A stretch of 64,000 nt of DNA from an uncultured delta proteobacterium. Its GTDB lineage: Bacteria > Desulfobacterota > Binatia > UBA9968. The notes below the pieces were generated by a model. That model had not been told where the DNA came from. It did not search any database and saw only the letters and a program-made list of their open reading frames with translations. The stretch's first letter is position 1. Every line of letters begins with the position of its first letter. Both the position numbers and the translations under genes were made by a program. The DNA is taken from positions 480,001-544,000 of the forward strand of contig CAWFJP010000004.1 in the NCBI GenBank assembly GCA_963816145.1, in the 5' to 3' direction. Of this stretch, positions 1 to 9,903 are shown piece by piece.

Positions 1-2
1 AA

Positions 3-569
3 TTGCGCGAGCAGATGCGCGTTGAGATTCGCGCGTTGCAAAAGAAGCTTGGACTAACCGTTCTCTACGTCACCCATGATCAGGCTGAAGCGATGACTCT
101 ATCGGACCGCATCGCGCTGGTGCATCGCGGCCGATTCGAGCAAGTGGGTACGCCGGAGGAAGTTTACGAGAAGCCGCTGACTGAATTTGCTGCTGGGTTT
201 TTGGGACGGATGGTCAGTTTCGCGGGAAAAATTTCAAAGAGTCATTCGCGTTGCTGGTTTGAGCTTGATGGCCATAGCACTCAAACTTCAGTGCCGGCTG
301 CATTAGTGGCGGCGTTTAGTGACGGTGCGTCAATTCATTTGCAGACTCGTCCGGAGGACCTCGAGATTTTACCTAACGGAGAGCTGCTACCCTATCAAAT
401 GGTTGCGACGGTCGATCAGGTCGCCTACCTCGGCGAGAGTTTCGAATATCATGTGCGAGCAAGCGGAGTTCCCTTCGTTCTAACCGCTGGGAAAAAACAC
501 CGATATCAGGCCGGCGATACGATTCGCCTGGCGCTCGACCCATCCCGAATCAATTTTCGCGCAGCGTGA
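3..569 (+). CDS. ABC transporter ATP-binding subunit (PotA/FbpC-like), C-terminal part with TOBE domain; truncated at window edge
   Basis: H-loop YVTHDQAEAMTLSDRI, EQVGTPEEVYEKP, TOBE-like C-terminus (VAYLGESFEY); precedes permease. Confidence 0.9.
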   Translation: MREQMRVEIRALQKKLGLTVLYVTHDQAEAMTLSDRIALVHRGRFEQVGTPEEVYEKPLTEFAAGFLGRMVSFAGKISKSHSRCWFELDGHSTQTSVPAALVAAFSDGASIHLQTRPEDLEILPNGELLPYQMVATVDQVAYLGESFEYHVRASGVPFVLTAGKKHRYQAGDTIRLALDPSRINFRAA

Positions 570-575
570 GCGACG

Positions 576-2306
576 ATGTCACGCGCAGCTACCACAACCA
601 TGCCTCGCTCGCGCCGATTTCATCTGCGGCCGATTCGCTTGGCCGAATTCTCATTTTTGGTCTTCCTCGCTGTTGTCATGGGGCTGCCGTTGCTGTTCTT
701 GCTTACCGGCAGTTTCAACTTGAGCGCGCCGGGAAAGCCTGCTGTTTACGGCGTCGATAATTGGCTTCGTGCCTTTACCGACAGCGGCACCCTGAGCGCT
801 TTGTCGATGAGCTTCACGCTCTCGGTGGTCCGGCTGATTCCCGCGATGATTATTTCGGTGTCGTTCGCATGGTTGATCGCCCGCACCGATATGCCTGGCG
901 GCAAGTTTATCGAATCGGTCTGTTGGATCGCCTACTTCGTGCCGGATTTTCCCCTGGTGCTGGCATGGATACTACTGCTCGACCCCACCTTCGGTTTTCT
1001 CAACAGCGTCGCCAAGAGTTTGCCCGGAGTCGAGGGCAGCATATTCAATCCCTACGGCTTCTGGGGCATCGTTTGGGTGCACACTTCCACCGGGGGGATT
1101 TGGTTCAAGGTGATGTTGCTGGTGCCGGTGTTTCGCCGGTTAGGCGCGACTCTCGAAGAGGCGGCGCGAGTGGCCGGCGCCAACACTGCGACGATGCTCT
1201 GGCGCATCACGCTGCCGGTTTTGGCGCCGATGATTTTGGCCGTGTCGGTGCTGAGTTTTATCCGCGGCCTGCAATCTTTCAACACCGAACTGTTGCTCGG
1301 CACGCCGGCGGGGATCTACGTCTACTCGACGAAAATTTACGACTTCCTCCAGCGTGAACCGCGGGCTTACGGCGAAGCGACGGCGTTGGGATCGGTGTTT
1401 TTGCTCGTGCTGGCGGTGCTGTTGTTTTTCTACTGGAAGTTTTTGAGCGGCGGCAAAAAATTCACCGTGGTCACCGGCCAGGGTTTTTCGACCCTGCGGG
1501 TGAAGTTGGGAAAGTGGCGCTACGTCGCGTTTGCCGGCTGCCTGCTCTACGTCGCCGTGACCATGCTTTTGCCGCTGACGTTTCTCGTGATCGGCTCGTT
1601 CATGCGCCGTTATGGCTTTTTCAATATCACATCGCCGTTTACCTTGAATCATTGGCACAGCATGCTCAGCGATCCGATCTTTTTGGTCGCGCTCAAGAAT
1701 AGTTTGATCATCGCCAGCACGACGGCCATCGGCGGTGTCTTGCTCTATTCTGCGTTGGCCTATTTACTGGTTTCGCGGCGCACGATTACGGCGCCATTGT
1801 TGGAGAGTCTCTGTTGGATCCCCCATGTGTTGCCGGGAATTCTCTTGAGTCTCGGCGTGCTCTGGCTGTTTCTGGCGACCCCGCTGCGATTTTTCCTTTA
1901 CGGCAGCGTTTGGGGAATCGCGGCGGCGCTGATTTTGGCGGACAGTCCGGTGACGACTCAGGCGTTCAAGGCCGGTCTGCTGCAACTGGGCGCGGAGCTA
2001 GAAGAGTCAGCGCGGGTGAGCGGCGCCTCGTGGCGCTATACTTACCGGCGCGTGCTCTTACCGTTGTTAGCTCCAATCGCGGCGGCGGTCGGTCTGATGA
2101 ATTTCGGCAGCGCCTTGACCAGCATCAGTACACCTGTGCTACTTTACAGCCACGAGTCGCGGCCGTTGGCGATCCTGCTGCTTGAATATAGCTTCACCGG
2201 CGAACTGGAGCGGGCTGCGGCACTGGGCTTGCTGATCACGGCGATCATCGGAACGATGATGCTGGTGGGGCGGAAATTGGGCTTGCACTTAGCGGGGAGC
2301 GAGTGA
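576..2306 (+). CDS. ABC transporter permease, FbpB-like (duplicated BPD_transp_1)
   Basis: Highly hydrophobic; two EAA motifs (LEEAARVAGA, LEESARVSGA). Confidence 0.92.
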   Translation: MSRAATTTMPRSRRFHLRPIRLAEFSFLVFLAVVMGLPLLFLLTGSFNLSAPGKPAVYGVDNWLRAFTDSGTLSALSMSFTLSVVRLIPAMIISVSFAWLIARTDMPGGKFIESVCWIAYFVPDFPLVLAWILLLDPTFGFLNSVAKSLPGVEGSIFNPYGFWGIVWVHTSTGGIWFKVMLLVPVFRRLGATLEEAARVAGANTATMLWRITLPVLAPMILAVSVLSFIRGLQSFNTELLLGTPAGIYVYSTKIYDFLQREPRAYGEATALGSVFLLVLAVLLFFYWKFLSGGKKFTVVTGQGFSTLRVKLGKWRYVAFAGCLLYVAVTMLLPLTFLVIGSFMRRYGFFNITSPFTLNHWHSMLSDPIFLVALKNSLIIASTTAIGGVLLYSALAYLLVSRRTITAPLLESLCWIPHVLPGILLSLGVLWLFLATPLRFFLYGSVWGIAAALILADSPVTTQAFKAGLLQLGAELEESARVSGASWRYTYRRVLLPLLAPIAAAVGLMNFGSALTSISTPVLLYSHESRPLAILLLEYSFTGELERAAALGLLITAIIGTMMLVGRKLGLHLAGSE

Positions 2307-3430
2307 TGCGATTAATTGCTGGATGGAAAAGAGTTTGGCTGATCGGCGCATTCGTGCTCGGGTTCGTGTGCGTCGCGGCCACTGAGTTGCGGGCGCAGAC
2401 CAAGGCCAGCGATAAAGAATGGGTCGCCGTCGTCGAGGCGGCAAAGAAGGAAGGCAAAGTCGTGGTTGCCGGCTCGCCCGATCCGGTGATGCGCAATGAC
2501 ATCATTCCAAAATTCACCGCCCGCTTCGGCATCCCCGTGGAGTTTGTCGCCGGCCGATCGAGCCAGATTGTCTCGCGAGTCGAGACCGAGCGTGCAGCCG
2601 GAATTTATAGCATTGACGTCTTTCTCGCCGGTCCGGACACCTCTGCCAACGAGCTTTATAACGACAAGATGATCGACCCGCTCAAACCGTTGCTGGTGAT
2701 GCCGGAAGTCGCCGACGGCTCGAAGTGGAAGAGCGGAAAAGTTTGGTTTGTCGACCCGCAGGAGCAGTTCATCGTCCGGGCATTCAGCAGTGTCGCGACT
2801 CTGCTGTTCATCAACACTGAACATGTCAAACCCGATGAGTTGCGCCAGATGAAGGATCTGCTCAATCCCAAATGGCGCGGCAAGATTTCCACCGAAGATC
2901 CCACGACCACCGGTGCCGGCGCCAACAAGGCTGCTCGGTTTTATGTGCAAATCGGCGAGGAGTTCGTGAAAAATCTTTACATCGATCAGAAGAGCGTGCG
3001 CACCCGCGAGCGGCGGCAGATGACCGACTGGTTGGCGCGCGGCACACAGCCGATCTGTCTAGACTGCCGGGAAGACGATGTTCGGCCGCTCCTCAAAGAC
3101 GGTTTCAAGATACTTGAAATATTCGAGATCGCCGGTGCCGGGCCGACGATCAACGGTTCGCCGTGGATGCTCTCGTTGGCCAACAAGGCGCCGCACCCGA
3201 AGGCGGCACAGGTGTTTGCCAATTGGATTCTCGCCAAGGAAGGTTTGGAAACCTATGCCAGGGGCTATGGATCGGCGACGCTGCGCACCGATGTCGACGA
3301 ATCATTCCTCAACCCCGGCAATGTGCCCAAGAAGGGCGTGAAGTATTTCGACGACACCGATTGGAAGTGGATCGTTGGCGGCAGGCATGAGAATCGCGAC
3401 AAGGTTTGGAAGCTTTTGAAGGCGCGCTAG
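2303..3430 (+). CDS. Extracellular solute-binding protein (AfuA/FbpA-like)
   Basis: Signal peptide, AAKKEG, LLNPKWRGKI, APHPKAAQVFANW motifs; overlaps permease stop. Confidence 0.9.
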   Translation: MMRLIAGWKRVWLIGAFVLGFVCVAATELRAQTKASDKEWVAVVEAAKKEGKVVVAGSPDPVMRNDIIPKFTARFGIPVEFVAGRSSQIVSRVETERAAGIYSIDVFLAGPDTSANELYNDKMIDPLKPLLVMPEVADGSKWKSGKVWFVDPQEQFIVRAFSSVATLLFINTEHVKPDELRQMKDLLNPKWRGKISTEDPTTTGAGANKAARFYVQIGEEFVKNLYIDQKSVRTRERRQMTDWLARGTQPICLDCREDDVRPLLKDGFKILEIFEIAGAGPTINGSPWMLSLANKAPHPKAAQVFANWILAKEGLETYARGYGSATLRTDVDESFLNPGNVPKKGVKYFDDTDWKWIVGGRHENRDKVWKLLKAR

Positions 3431-3528
3431 GCGCGCCGTTCCAATCGTTCCAGGGGTTCCAAACGTTTCAGGAGTCAAAAATAATTTAATGGGTTTAAAT
3501 CGGTTTAACGAAGAAAGGTAGACACTTC

Positions 3529-4461
3529 ATGGCTAAGAAAATCAGAATCTTTTACCGCGCGCCGAGTCACGTGCCGTTGTGGAAGGTGATGGAAGAGTGC
3601 GGCTTTTTGAACAAACATGGACTTGAAATGGAGATGGGGTCCCTCGAAGGCCAGCGCAAACGTGCCGCCGAAGGTTTGAAGGCTGGAGATCTCGACGTGG
3701 TCTCGGGCAATCACCACAATCTGTACGCGCGCAAGGCGCTCTACGGCGATCCTTATGTTCACATCGCCCAGAGTAATAATTCCTGGCGCGAAAACTTCTT
3801 GGTCTGCGGCAAAGGCGTCAACGGCCTGCAAGATCTCAAAGGAAAAAAAGTGGTGATGGACGACTTCGACGGCCACACCGGTCTCAATGTCTGGCTCTAC
3901 CTGCGCCAGCATGGTTTGGAAGAAGGACGAGATGTCGAACTGGTGGAGAATGGCAAGAAGGGTACCGAGCGGGCGCGAGAGGTCGTGGAAGGAAAATACG
4001 ACGCCAGCTTCATCCGCGCCGTGGATCGACTGCGCGCGCTAAAGTTCGGCGCCAAGATCATCGAGCTGCCGTCGATGGCGATGATCGAAGGCGTGACGCT
4101 GACGACGACCACCACCTACGTGCAGAGTCATGAGGAGGAATGCCGAGCGTTGATCATGGCTTTGGTCGACGGCATCCACTTCTACAAGACCAACAAAGCC
4201 GACACTTTGAAGATCGTGCAACAACACTGCTCGGAGCTGCTCAAGATGCACGGCGACGAGGAGTGGAATTGCTTTTACGAGAACCAAGCCGAGTCCTTGG
4301 AGAGCGCGCCCTACCCATCCATCGAAGCGATTCAAAACGTTTTCGCCTTGGGCGTAAAACGCAATCCTGAGATCAAAGAGTTCAATCCGCTGGTACTGTG
4401 GGATCTCCACTACGTCAAGGAGATCGACGATAGCGGATATATCCGCAAGCTTTATAGCTAG
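3529..4461 (+). CDS. NMT1/SsuA/TauA-fold protein without an obvious signal peptide
   Basis: FLNKHGLEME, LQDLKGKKV, GLEEGRDVELV and C-terminal EIDDSGYIRKLY typical of the family; N-terminus lacks an h-region. Confidence 0.75.
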   Translation: MAKKIRIFYRAPSHVPLWKVMEECGFLNKHGLEMEMGSLEGQRKRAAEGLKAGDLDVVSGNHHNLYARKALYGDPYVHIAQSNNSWRENFLVCGKGVNGLQDLKGKKVVMDDFDGHTGLNVWLYLRQHGLEEGRDVELVENGKKGTERAREVVEGKYDASFIRAVDRLRALKFGAKIIELPSMAMIEGVTLTTTTTYVQSHEEECRALIMALVDGIHFYKTNKADTLKIVQQHCSELLKMHGDEEWNCFYENQAESLESAPYPSIEAIQNVFALGVKRNPEIKEFNPLVLWDLHYVKEIDDSGYIRKLYS

Positions 4462-4492
4462 CTTCATTAATTCCATTCCGTTCGATTAGGCA

Positions 4493-4531
4493 ACGACGGG
4501 TAGCCGGGAATCGTTACCGGCTACCCGTCGT
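4493..4531. terminator. GC-rich hairpin between convergent genes, probable bidirectional terminator
   Basis: 15-bp perfect inverted repeat ACGACGGGTAGCCGG / CCGGCTACCCGTCGT. Confidence 0.65.
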
Positions 4532-4679
4532 GATTTATCTGTGCAGTGCACGCGATGCATATTTTGCCCTATTACGTCGACCACTGAAAATTTCCGCCCG
4601 TCAGTATGCGATTGTAATTCCAGTTGTGCTGCGCCATCGCGGTTGCGGCCCGGTGCGGGCTGAGGCGACCGCCAGACTG

Positions 4680-6398
4680 TTAGCTAAAATTGCTGGGCCG
4701 AAATTTACTGCGGGAGATAACGCTTCCGGTCGTCGAACCGACGTAGGGGCAGGTAGCGGCAAAGAATTTGGCTTCCTGAGTTTTATCTGCAAACCTGATC
4801 AGTGTGATCCCCTTGCCGGCGTCAACCGGCTGGGCAAGAAACTTGTTTGGGAATTGACTCTCGACCCAAGCGCGAAATAGATCGGGATATTTCCCGGTCG
4901 CTTGATTAAAACAATTGGCACAGCTCAGGAAATAGAAAACCGAAACCTCGCGCAGAGCCGGCTCCACCGCTCTGGACATATACTCCAAATTTCCCGGGAT
5001 GAGCCAAGAATAGGTTAATGGTATCATGTTCGAAGTGTTGGACAGCGCCCCCGTGCCATAGAGAGGAGCGAGCACAACACTCGGCGGTACTCCCCCCTTG
5101 GTCCGAAGATCTTCTTCGACAAACCCGGAACGAAATAGAATCGCCGGGTTGTTGTCCCGGCGGGCAAGTATATCTAAACAAGCCGATGCTTGGCGCCAAT
5201 TTTGAAACCCGGTAGTGCTAAAAGTTTCATAGGCCCGAAAATTCATCGCAAAAGCCATACCGGTAAAAAGCAGCCAATACGATAGAGGTATGACCACTAT
5301 CCTTCGTGGCGTCCACTCAAAGGCGGTTGCTGCAATTATGACCGCCGGGACTGACAATGGTATCATATAGCGCCGCTCGAGGAGATTTACGCCTAAGCCA
5401 CCGAGTATCTCTAAAAGCGCGATCGGTACGATCAACGAGATCCAGAAAAGCCGCAGGGTGTGCTGTTGCAATCCCGATATCGGGGCAATTCGCGCGGTGA
5501 CGGTATAGACCAGTCCCGCGATGATAAAGGGACCGGCGAGTTCAAAAAAAGCCAGGTAATTCGGATCCCCAATCCACGACAGTTCCGCGCGGCGCGACCA
5601 GAGCTGAGCCAACTGGGGCAGCGCCCACGCCACTAAAAGCAATTGGACTCCGATGTCTGTTACAAATTGGCGTGGCGCGTAGCGAGCTCGCAATGGCGGC
5701 AAACAGAAATAGGCTATTGCCACTCCGAGAGCGGCCAGCGCGAGCAAATAGTGCGTGCTGAAGAGCCCGGCCCCACCGGCAATAAACAACCATCGTCCCC
5801 TGTGGTCGGCGAATTGGGTCGAACGGATGAAGCCATAAAAAAGAGTTGCGGTCATGAACAGAGCTAACGCATAGGGCCTGGCATCCGCATTCACTTTTGC
5901 CATGGTTGGCGAGAGCCAAAGTAAGCTAGCCGCAGTTATCCCTATGCGCCGGTTGCCAACTAGTGTCCCGAGTAAATAGACTTCACAGACAGTGGCGAAA
6001 CCGAAGAACAAAGAGGGCAGCCGCAGTGTAATTTCCGAAACTCCAAACACTTGTTTAAACGCCCATACGATCAGGTAATAAAATGGGCTCTGTCCTTGGA
6101 ATGAAAAGGCGCGCTGGATCACCTGACGCAGGTCGCCGTCGATCGTCCATAGGGTGCCAAACTCATCCAACCAGAGACTGCGGTCAAATCCATAAATGCT
6201 GAAAACAAGGCCGAGCACGCCGCTCGCTGCGGCGAAGATGAGAAGCGGAAGAGATATTGTCGCAGAGCTCGGGCGTTCGGGATTCTGAGATTGTTTTTTG
6301 AATCTCGGGCGACTGGCGATCCAAAGTGCTAAAAGAATTGCGACGACGCCGAGGACCATGAAAGGTATGATCAGAAATGCCATCATCTGGTTGTTCAC
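4680..6398 (-). CDS. GT-C (family 39/PMT-like) membrane glycosyltransferase
   Basis: SLWLDE, SPFYY, LRLPS and ARPYAL motifs; many TM helices. Confidence 0.8.
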   Translation of the reverse strand: MNNQMMAFLIIPFMVLGVVAILLALWIASRPRFKKQSQNPERPSSATISLPLLIFAAASGVLGLVFSIYGFDRSLWLDEFGTLWTIDGDLRQVIQRAFSFQGQSPFYYLIVWAFKQVFGVSEITLRLPSLFFGFATVCEVYLLGTLVGNRRIGITAASLLWLSPTMAKVNADARPYALALFMTATLFYGFIRSTQFADHRGRWLFIAGGAGLFSTHYLLALAALGVAIAYFCLPPLRARYAPRQFVTDIGVQLLLVAWALPQLAQLWSRRAELSWIGDPNYLAFFELAGPFIIAGLVYTVTARIAPISGLQQHTLRLFWISLIVPIALLEILGGLGVNLLERRYMIPLSVPAVIIAATAFEWTPRRIVVIPLSYWLLFTGMAFAMNFRAYETFSTTGFQNWRQASACLDILARRDNNPAILFRSGFVEEDLRTKGGVPPSVVLAPLYGTGALSNTSNMIPLTYSWLIPGNLEYMSRAVEPALREVSVFYFLSCANCFNQATGKYPDLFRAWVESQFPNKFLAQPVDAGKGITLIRFADKTQEAKFFAATCPYVGSTTGSVISRSKFRPSNFS

Positions 6399-6537
6399 CG
6401 ATTCGCGGCCCTGACGGGGTGTGCGTCAAATAGTCTAACATCGTCCACCGAGAACGGGAAGAAAGTTTTTCGCAGCTGAAGGATCGCATTTTTGAGTAGG
6501 GACCGCGCATGCGGGCTCCGGAACGGTGGTCTAAAGG

Positions 6538-7602
6538 TTGCCAGATGATTTCCGCTATCTGTCCTTCCAGTGTATAGTAAGCGATAAGATTTTAACCAAC
6601 TATCAGCAGACTGACCGACCATTGATATTGAACGGCCATTGTCCGTCTCCCAGCCGGTTACGTCATGCACACTCCAAGGCCGACTCTTGGGTGGTGATTC
6701 GTGTTGGTGTCGCGATGGTTTTAGTTTTTCTCATCCTTGTAGATTCGCTTTGGGCCCATCCGGCTAGCCCGGTTCTAGTCGGCGCCGGCGATATCGCTAG
6801 CTGCGATATCGATCGAGCGGAGGCGACTGCAAAGCTACTGGATAAGATTGCTGGGACCGTGTTTACCGCGGGAGATCACGCATACCCTGGTGGGACCGAG
6901 CAACAATTCTCTCGGTGCTATCATCGCTCTTGGGGCAGGCATCGTGAGCGAACCCGGCCATCACCGGGGAATCATGATTATGAGACCGACCAGGCGGTAC
7001 CGTACTTCAAATACTTTGGCGCCAACGCGGGCCCATCTGGGCGTGGCTATTACAGCTACAAACTAGGTGCTTGGCGTATTTTTTCGCTCGACAGCAATAC
7101 CAATGCCCGCTTTTGGGGAGCGGCGCAGGAGCAATGGCTGATCCAGGAACTCGCTGCTTACCATGCCGATTGCACCCTGGCGTACTGGCATCATCCGCTG
7201 TTTAGTTCGAGCACGACCCATGGCAACCAGCTCCACATGCGGCGGCTGTTCAAAATTCTGCATGCCTACGGAACTGACGTGGTGATTGCCGGCCACGACC
7301 ATACTTACGAACGCTTCGCGCCGCAGAATTCCGAGGGTCGAGCCGATCCGCTCGGCATCCGTCAGTTTGTCGTCGGTACCGGTGGCGAGAAGTTCTACGA
7401 CTTCGGCCCCGCGCGTCCCAACAGCGAAGCGCGCAATGCCGCCGATCATGGTGTGCTCAAGTTGACGCTCTATCCCCAGGGCTACGATTGGGAATTTGTG
7501 CCGGTTGCCGGCGGGAAATTCCGCGATAGCGGCAGCGGCAAGTGCTCGGCGCCGTTGTCGTTCAAAGGCGCGTTAGAAACAAAATCGACTTTCGTGACGT
7601 GA
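6538..7602 (+). CDS. Secreted calcineurin-like metallophosphoesterase (true start probably ~6691-6715)
   Basis: GAGDIA, AGDHAY, PGNHDY, WHHP, GHDH motifs; hydrophobic signal MVLVFLILVDSLWA. Confidence 0.88.
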   Translation: MPDDFRYLSFQCIVSDKILTNYQQTDRPLILNGHCPSPSRLRHAHSKADSWVVIRVGVAMVLVFLILVDSLWAHPASPVLVGAGDIASCDIDRAEATAKLLDKIAGTVFTAGDHAYPGGTEQQFSRCYHRSWGRHRERTRPSPGNHDYETDQAVPYFKYFGANAGPSGRGYYSYKLGAWRIFSLDSNTNARFWGAAQEQWLIQELAAYHADCTLAYWHHPLFSSSTTHGNQLHMRRLFKILHAYGTDVVIAGHDHTYERFAPQNSEGRADPLGIRQFVVGTGGEKFYDFGPARPNSEARNAADHGVLKLTLYPQGYDWEFVPVAGGKFRDSGSGKCSAPLSFKGALETKSTFVT

Positions 7603-7606
7603 ATCC

Positions 7607-9076
7607 ATGGAAGAAGTGCGCATCGTCGATACGACTCTGCGGGACGGCGACATTAGCCTGTGGGCTTACGGCATGACGACGGGGATGATGTTGCCGGCGC
7701 TGCGTCCCATGGACGAAGCGGGTTTCGACTCGATGGAGTTTTTCCTGAGCCTGCGCTTCAAAAAGTTCGTCCGCGAGCACAAGGAAGATCCTTGGGATTG
7801 GCTGCGCCTGGGCACCAAAGAGATCAAGAAAACTCGGCTGCGTTATCACGGCGGTTTGCACAGCGGCTTTGAGTTCATTCCCGAATGCATCCGGCGCCTG
7901 GTGATTTCGACCGTCGCCAAGTACGGCATCGATCTGACGCGCACGTCCAATGCGTGGAATAATTTCGCGCTGCTCGGCAACGAAGCCATTGAACTGAAGA
8001 AGCTCGGTATGGACACGGTGATGAATTTGATTTACGCGATCTCGCCGCGCCACACCGACGAGTACTACGCCCAGAAGGCGCGCGATGCCGCGAAGCTTAA
8101 GCCCTACCGGCTTTGCTTCAAAGATGTCGGCGGCATGCTGACGCCGGAGCGCACGCGCACGCTGGTGCGACTGATCAAACAAAATATCGGCGATGTTCCG
8201 CTTGAGTTTCACGCCCACTGCAACAACGGCTTGGCGCCTTTCAATTTGCTCGAAGCGGTCAAGGAAGGCGTGCGCATCGTGCACACGGCGATTCCACCGC
8301 TGGCCAATGGTTCGTCGCAACCGTCAATCTTCAACGTCGTCAGGAATCTGCGCGCTTTGGGTTACCAGCCGGTGGTCAATACCTCGGTGTTACTGCCGGT
8401 TCAGGAGCACTTCTCACGCATCGCCGAGCTGGAAAACCTCCCCACGGGCGCGCCGCGGGAATACGATCAAGCTTGGTACGGCCATCAGGTGCCGGGCGGG
8501 ATGATTTCCAACCTGCGCCACCAATTGAAGGTTATGGGCACGGAGGAAAAACTTGCCGCAGTGCTCGACGAGATCACCCAGGTGCGCGCTGAGCTTGGCT
8601 ATCCGATCATGGTCACGCCCTTCGCCCAATTCGTCGGCAGCCAAGCGGCGATCAACGTGATTGTCGGGGAGCGCTACAAAGAAGCGACCGATCCGGTGAT
8701 TCAATATGCACTGGGCCTGTGGGGCAAGGAGGGCGCCGATTACATGGACCCGGACGTGAAAGCGAAGATCCTCGACCGCCCGCGCGCCCGGGAAATCGCC
8801 AAAATGGAACACCCCGAGCCGAGTCTAGCCGAGGTGCGCAAGCAATACGGTGGCGCCCACTTATCCGACGAAGACTTGTTGTTGCGCTATTACGCCGGGC
8901 CCGAGTTCGTTGACGCACTTAAGACAGCACCGCCGCGGAAGGAGTATCTCAGTCCGCGTAAACCTTTGGTGCGGTTGATCGAAGAACTCGGAAAGAAAAA
9001 ACTCAGCCACGTTTACATCCGCAAGGATGGCATTACGCTCACCTTGGGTCGAAGGAATAGAACTCAGCCAGCATGA
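7607..9076 (+). CDS. Pyruvate carboxylase subunit B / oxaloacetate decarboxylase alpha-like carboxyltransferase, no biotinyl domain
   Basis: DTTLRDG, KDVGG, HAHC, HQVPGGMISNL, GYPIMVTP; no EAMKM motif. Confidence 0.85.
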   Translation: MEEVRIVDTTLRDGDISLWAYGMTTGMMLPALRPMDEAGFDSMEFFLSLRFKKFVREHKEDPWDWLRLGTKEIKKTRLRYHGGLHSGFEFIPECIRRLVISTVAKYGIDLTRTSNAWNNFALLGNEAIELKKLGMDTVMNLIYAISPRHTDEYYAQKARDAAKLKPYRLCFKDVGGMLTPERTRTLVRLIKQNIGDVPLEFHAHCNNGLAPFNLLEAVKEGVRIVHTAIPPLANGSSQPSIFNVVRNLRALGYQPVVNTSVLLPVQEHFSRIAELENLPTGAPREYDQAWYGHQVPGGMISNLRHQLKVMGTEEKLAAVLDEITQVRAELGYPIMVTPFAQFVGSQAAINVIVGERYKEATDPVIQYALGLWGKEGADYMDPDVKAKILDRPRAREIAKMEHPEPSLAEVRKQYGGAHLSDEDLLLRYYAGPEFVDALKTAPPRKEYLSPRKPLVRLIEELGKKKLSHVYIRKDGITLTLGRRNRTQPA

Positions 9077-9264
9077 ATCTGCGCTATGGATCGCTGTGCG
9101 CCCAGTTAGCAGGATTGGCGCCGGCCTGGGTTGACGCTCAGCCACTATTGGCTTCCAGGCTCTCATAATACGTTGCTTTTTCGATTAAATAATGGTCGAT
9201 CGCGGTTCGTGTCACGAGTAGCAGTAAACCTTAACCAATCATCAACATCGTGAGGAGTGCAAGG

Positions 9265-9724
9265 ATGAAATCTCCCAAGATGTTGTGCTTGGAGTACTTG
9301 GGCTAGCGGTTTTGGCGGGTTGCGCCACAGGCGGCTCCGGCTCAGGACGGTATTGGTCACGTTATGCAAACAATCCGGCATGAAAATCGATTCCCTGAAA
9401 ATTTCGCCCGACCCCATTGCTCAAGGGCAGCAGATTAGTAATTGGCGCGTGGTCGTTCAAGCTGATACCGATGGAGAACGCGCCACGTCCCTGCAGGTCC
9501 AAGAGCAACCGTCGAATTTCACCGTCGCTAACACGCGGGTTTACAGGTTCCGTCCCGGTTTGAACGAGGTCACAGTGCAACCGGATATTCGCTACCGCTT
9601 TAGCCAGGCACAGCATTGTTTTGTTGTCATCGCCGATATTGAGGAAATCCCGCGCGCAAACGATGCGACGAAAAAGTTCTGTGCGCAAAAGCAGGGTAAT
9701 GGCTGGACGATGGCCGGTCGCTAA
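9265..9724 (+). CDS. Probable small lipoprotein broken by frameshifts
   Basis: GAGGAG upstream of ATG 9265; an alternative frame reads VVLGVLGLAVLAGC (lipobox); the 9320-9724 frame continues with beta-rich sequence. Confidence 0.5.
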
Positions 9725-9903
9725 CACAGCGACAGGAGCCGAGGTGGTACGCTAGCGTTCGCAACCGCGTGATGCGTTCCGCTCCGGCTATTTGATTCGA
9801 TACCGTATTTGCGACTTACGACCTATCACGGATCAACGAGAATTCATTGGAAACATCACTTCGACCTTGCTGCCTTGCAGTGTCTCGTCGACGTCTCTAG
9901 CTA

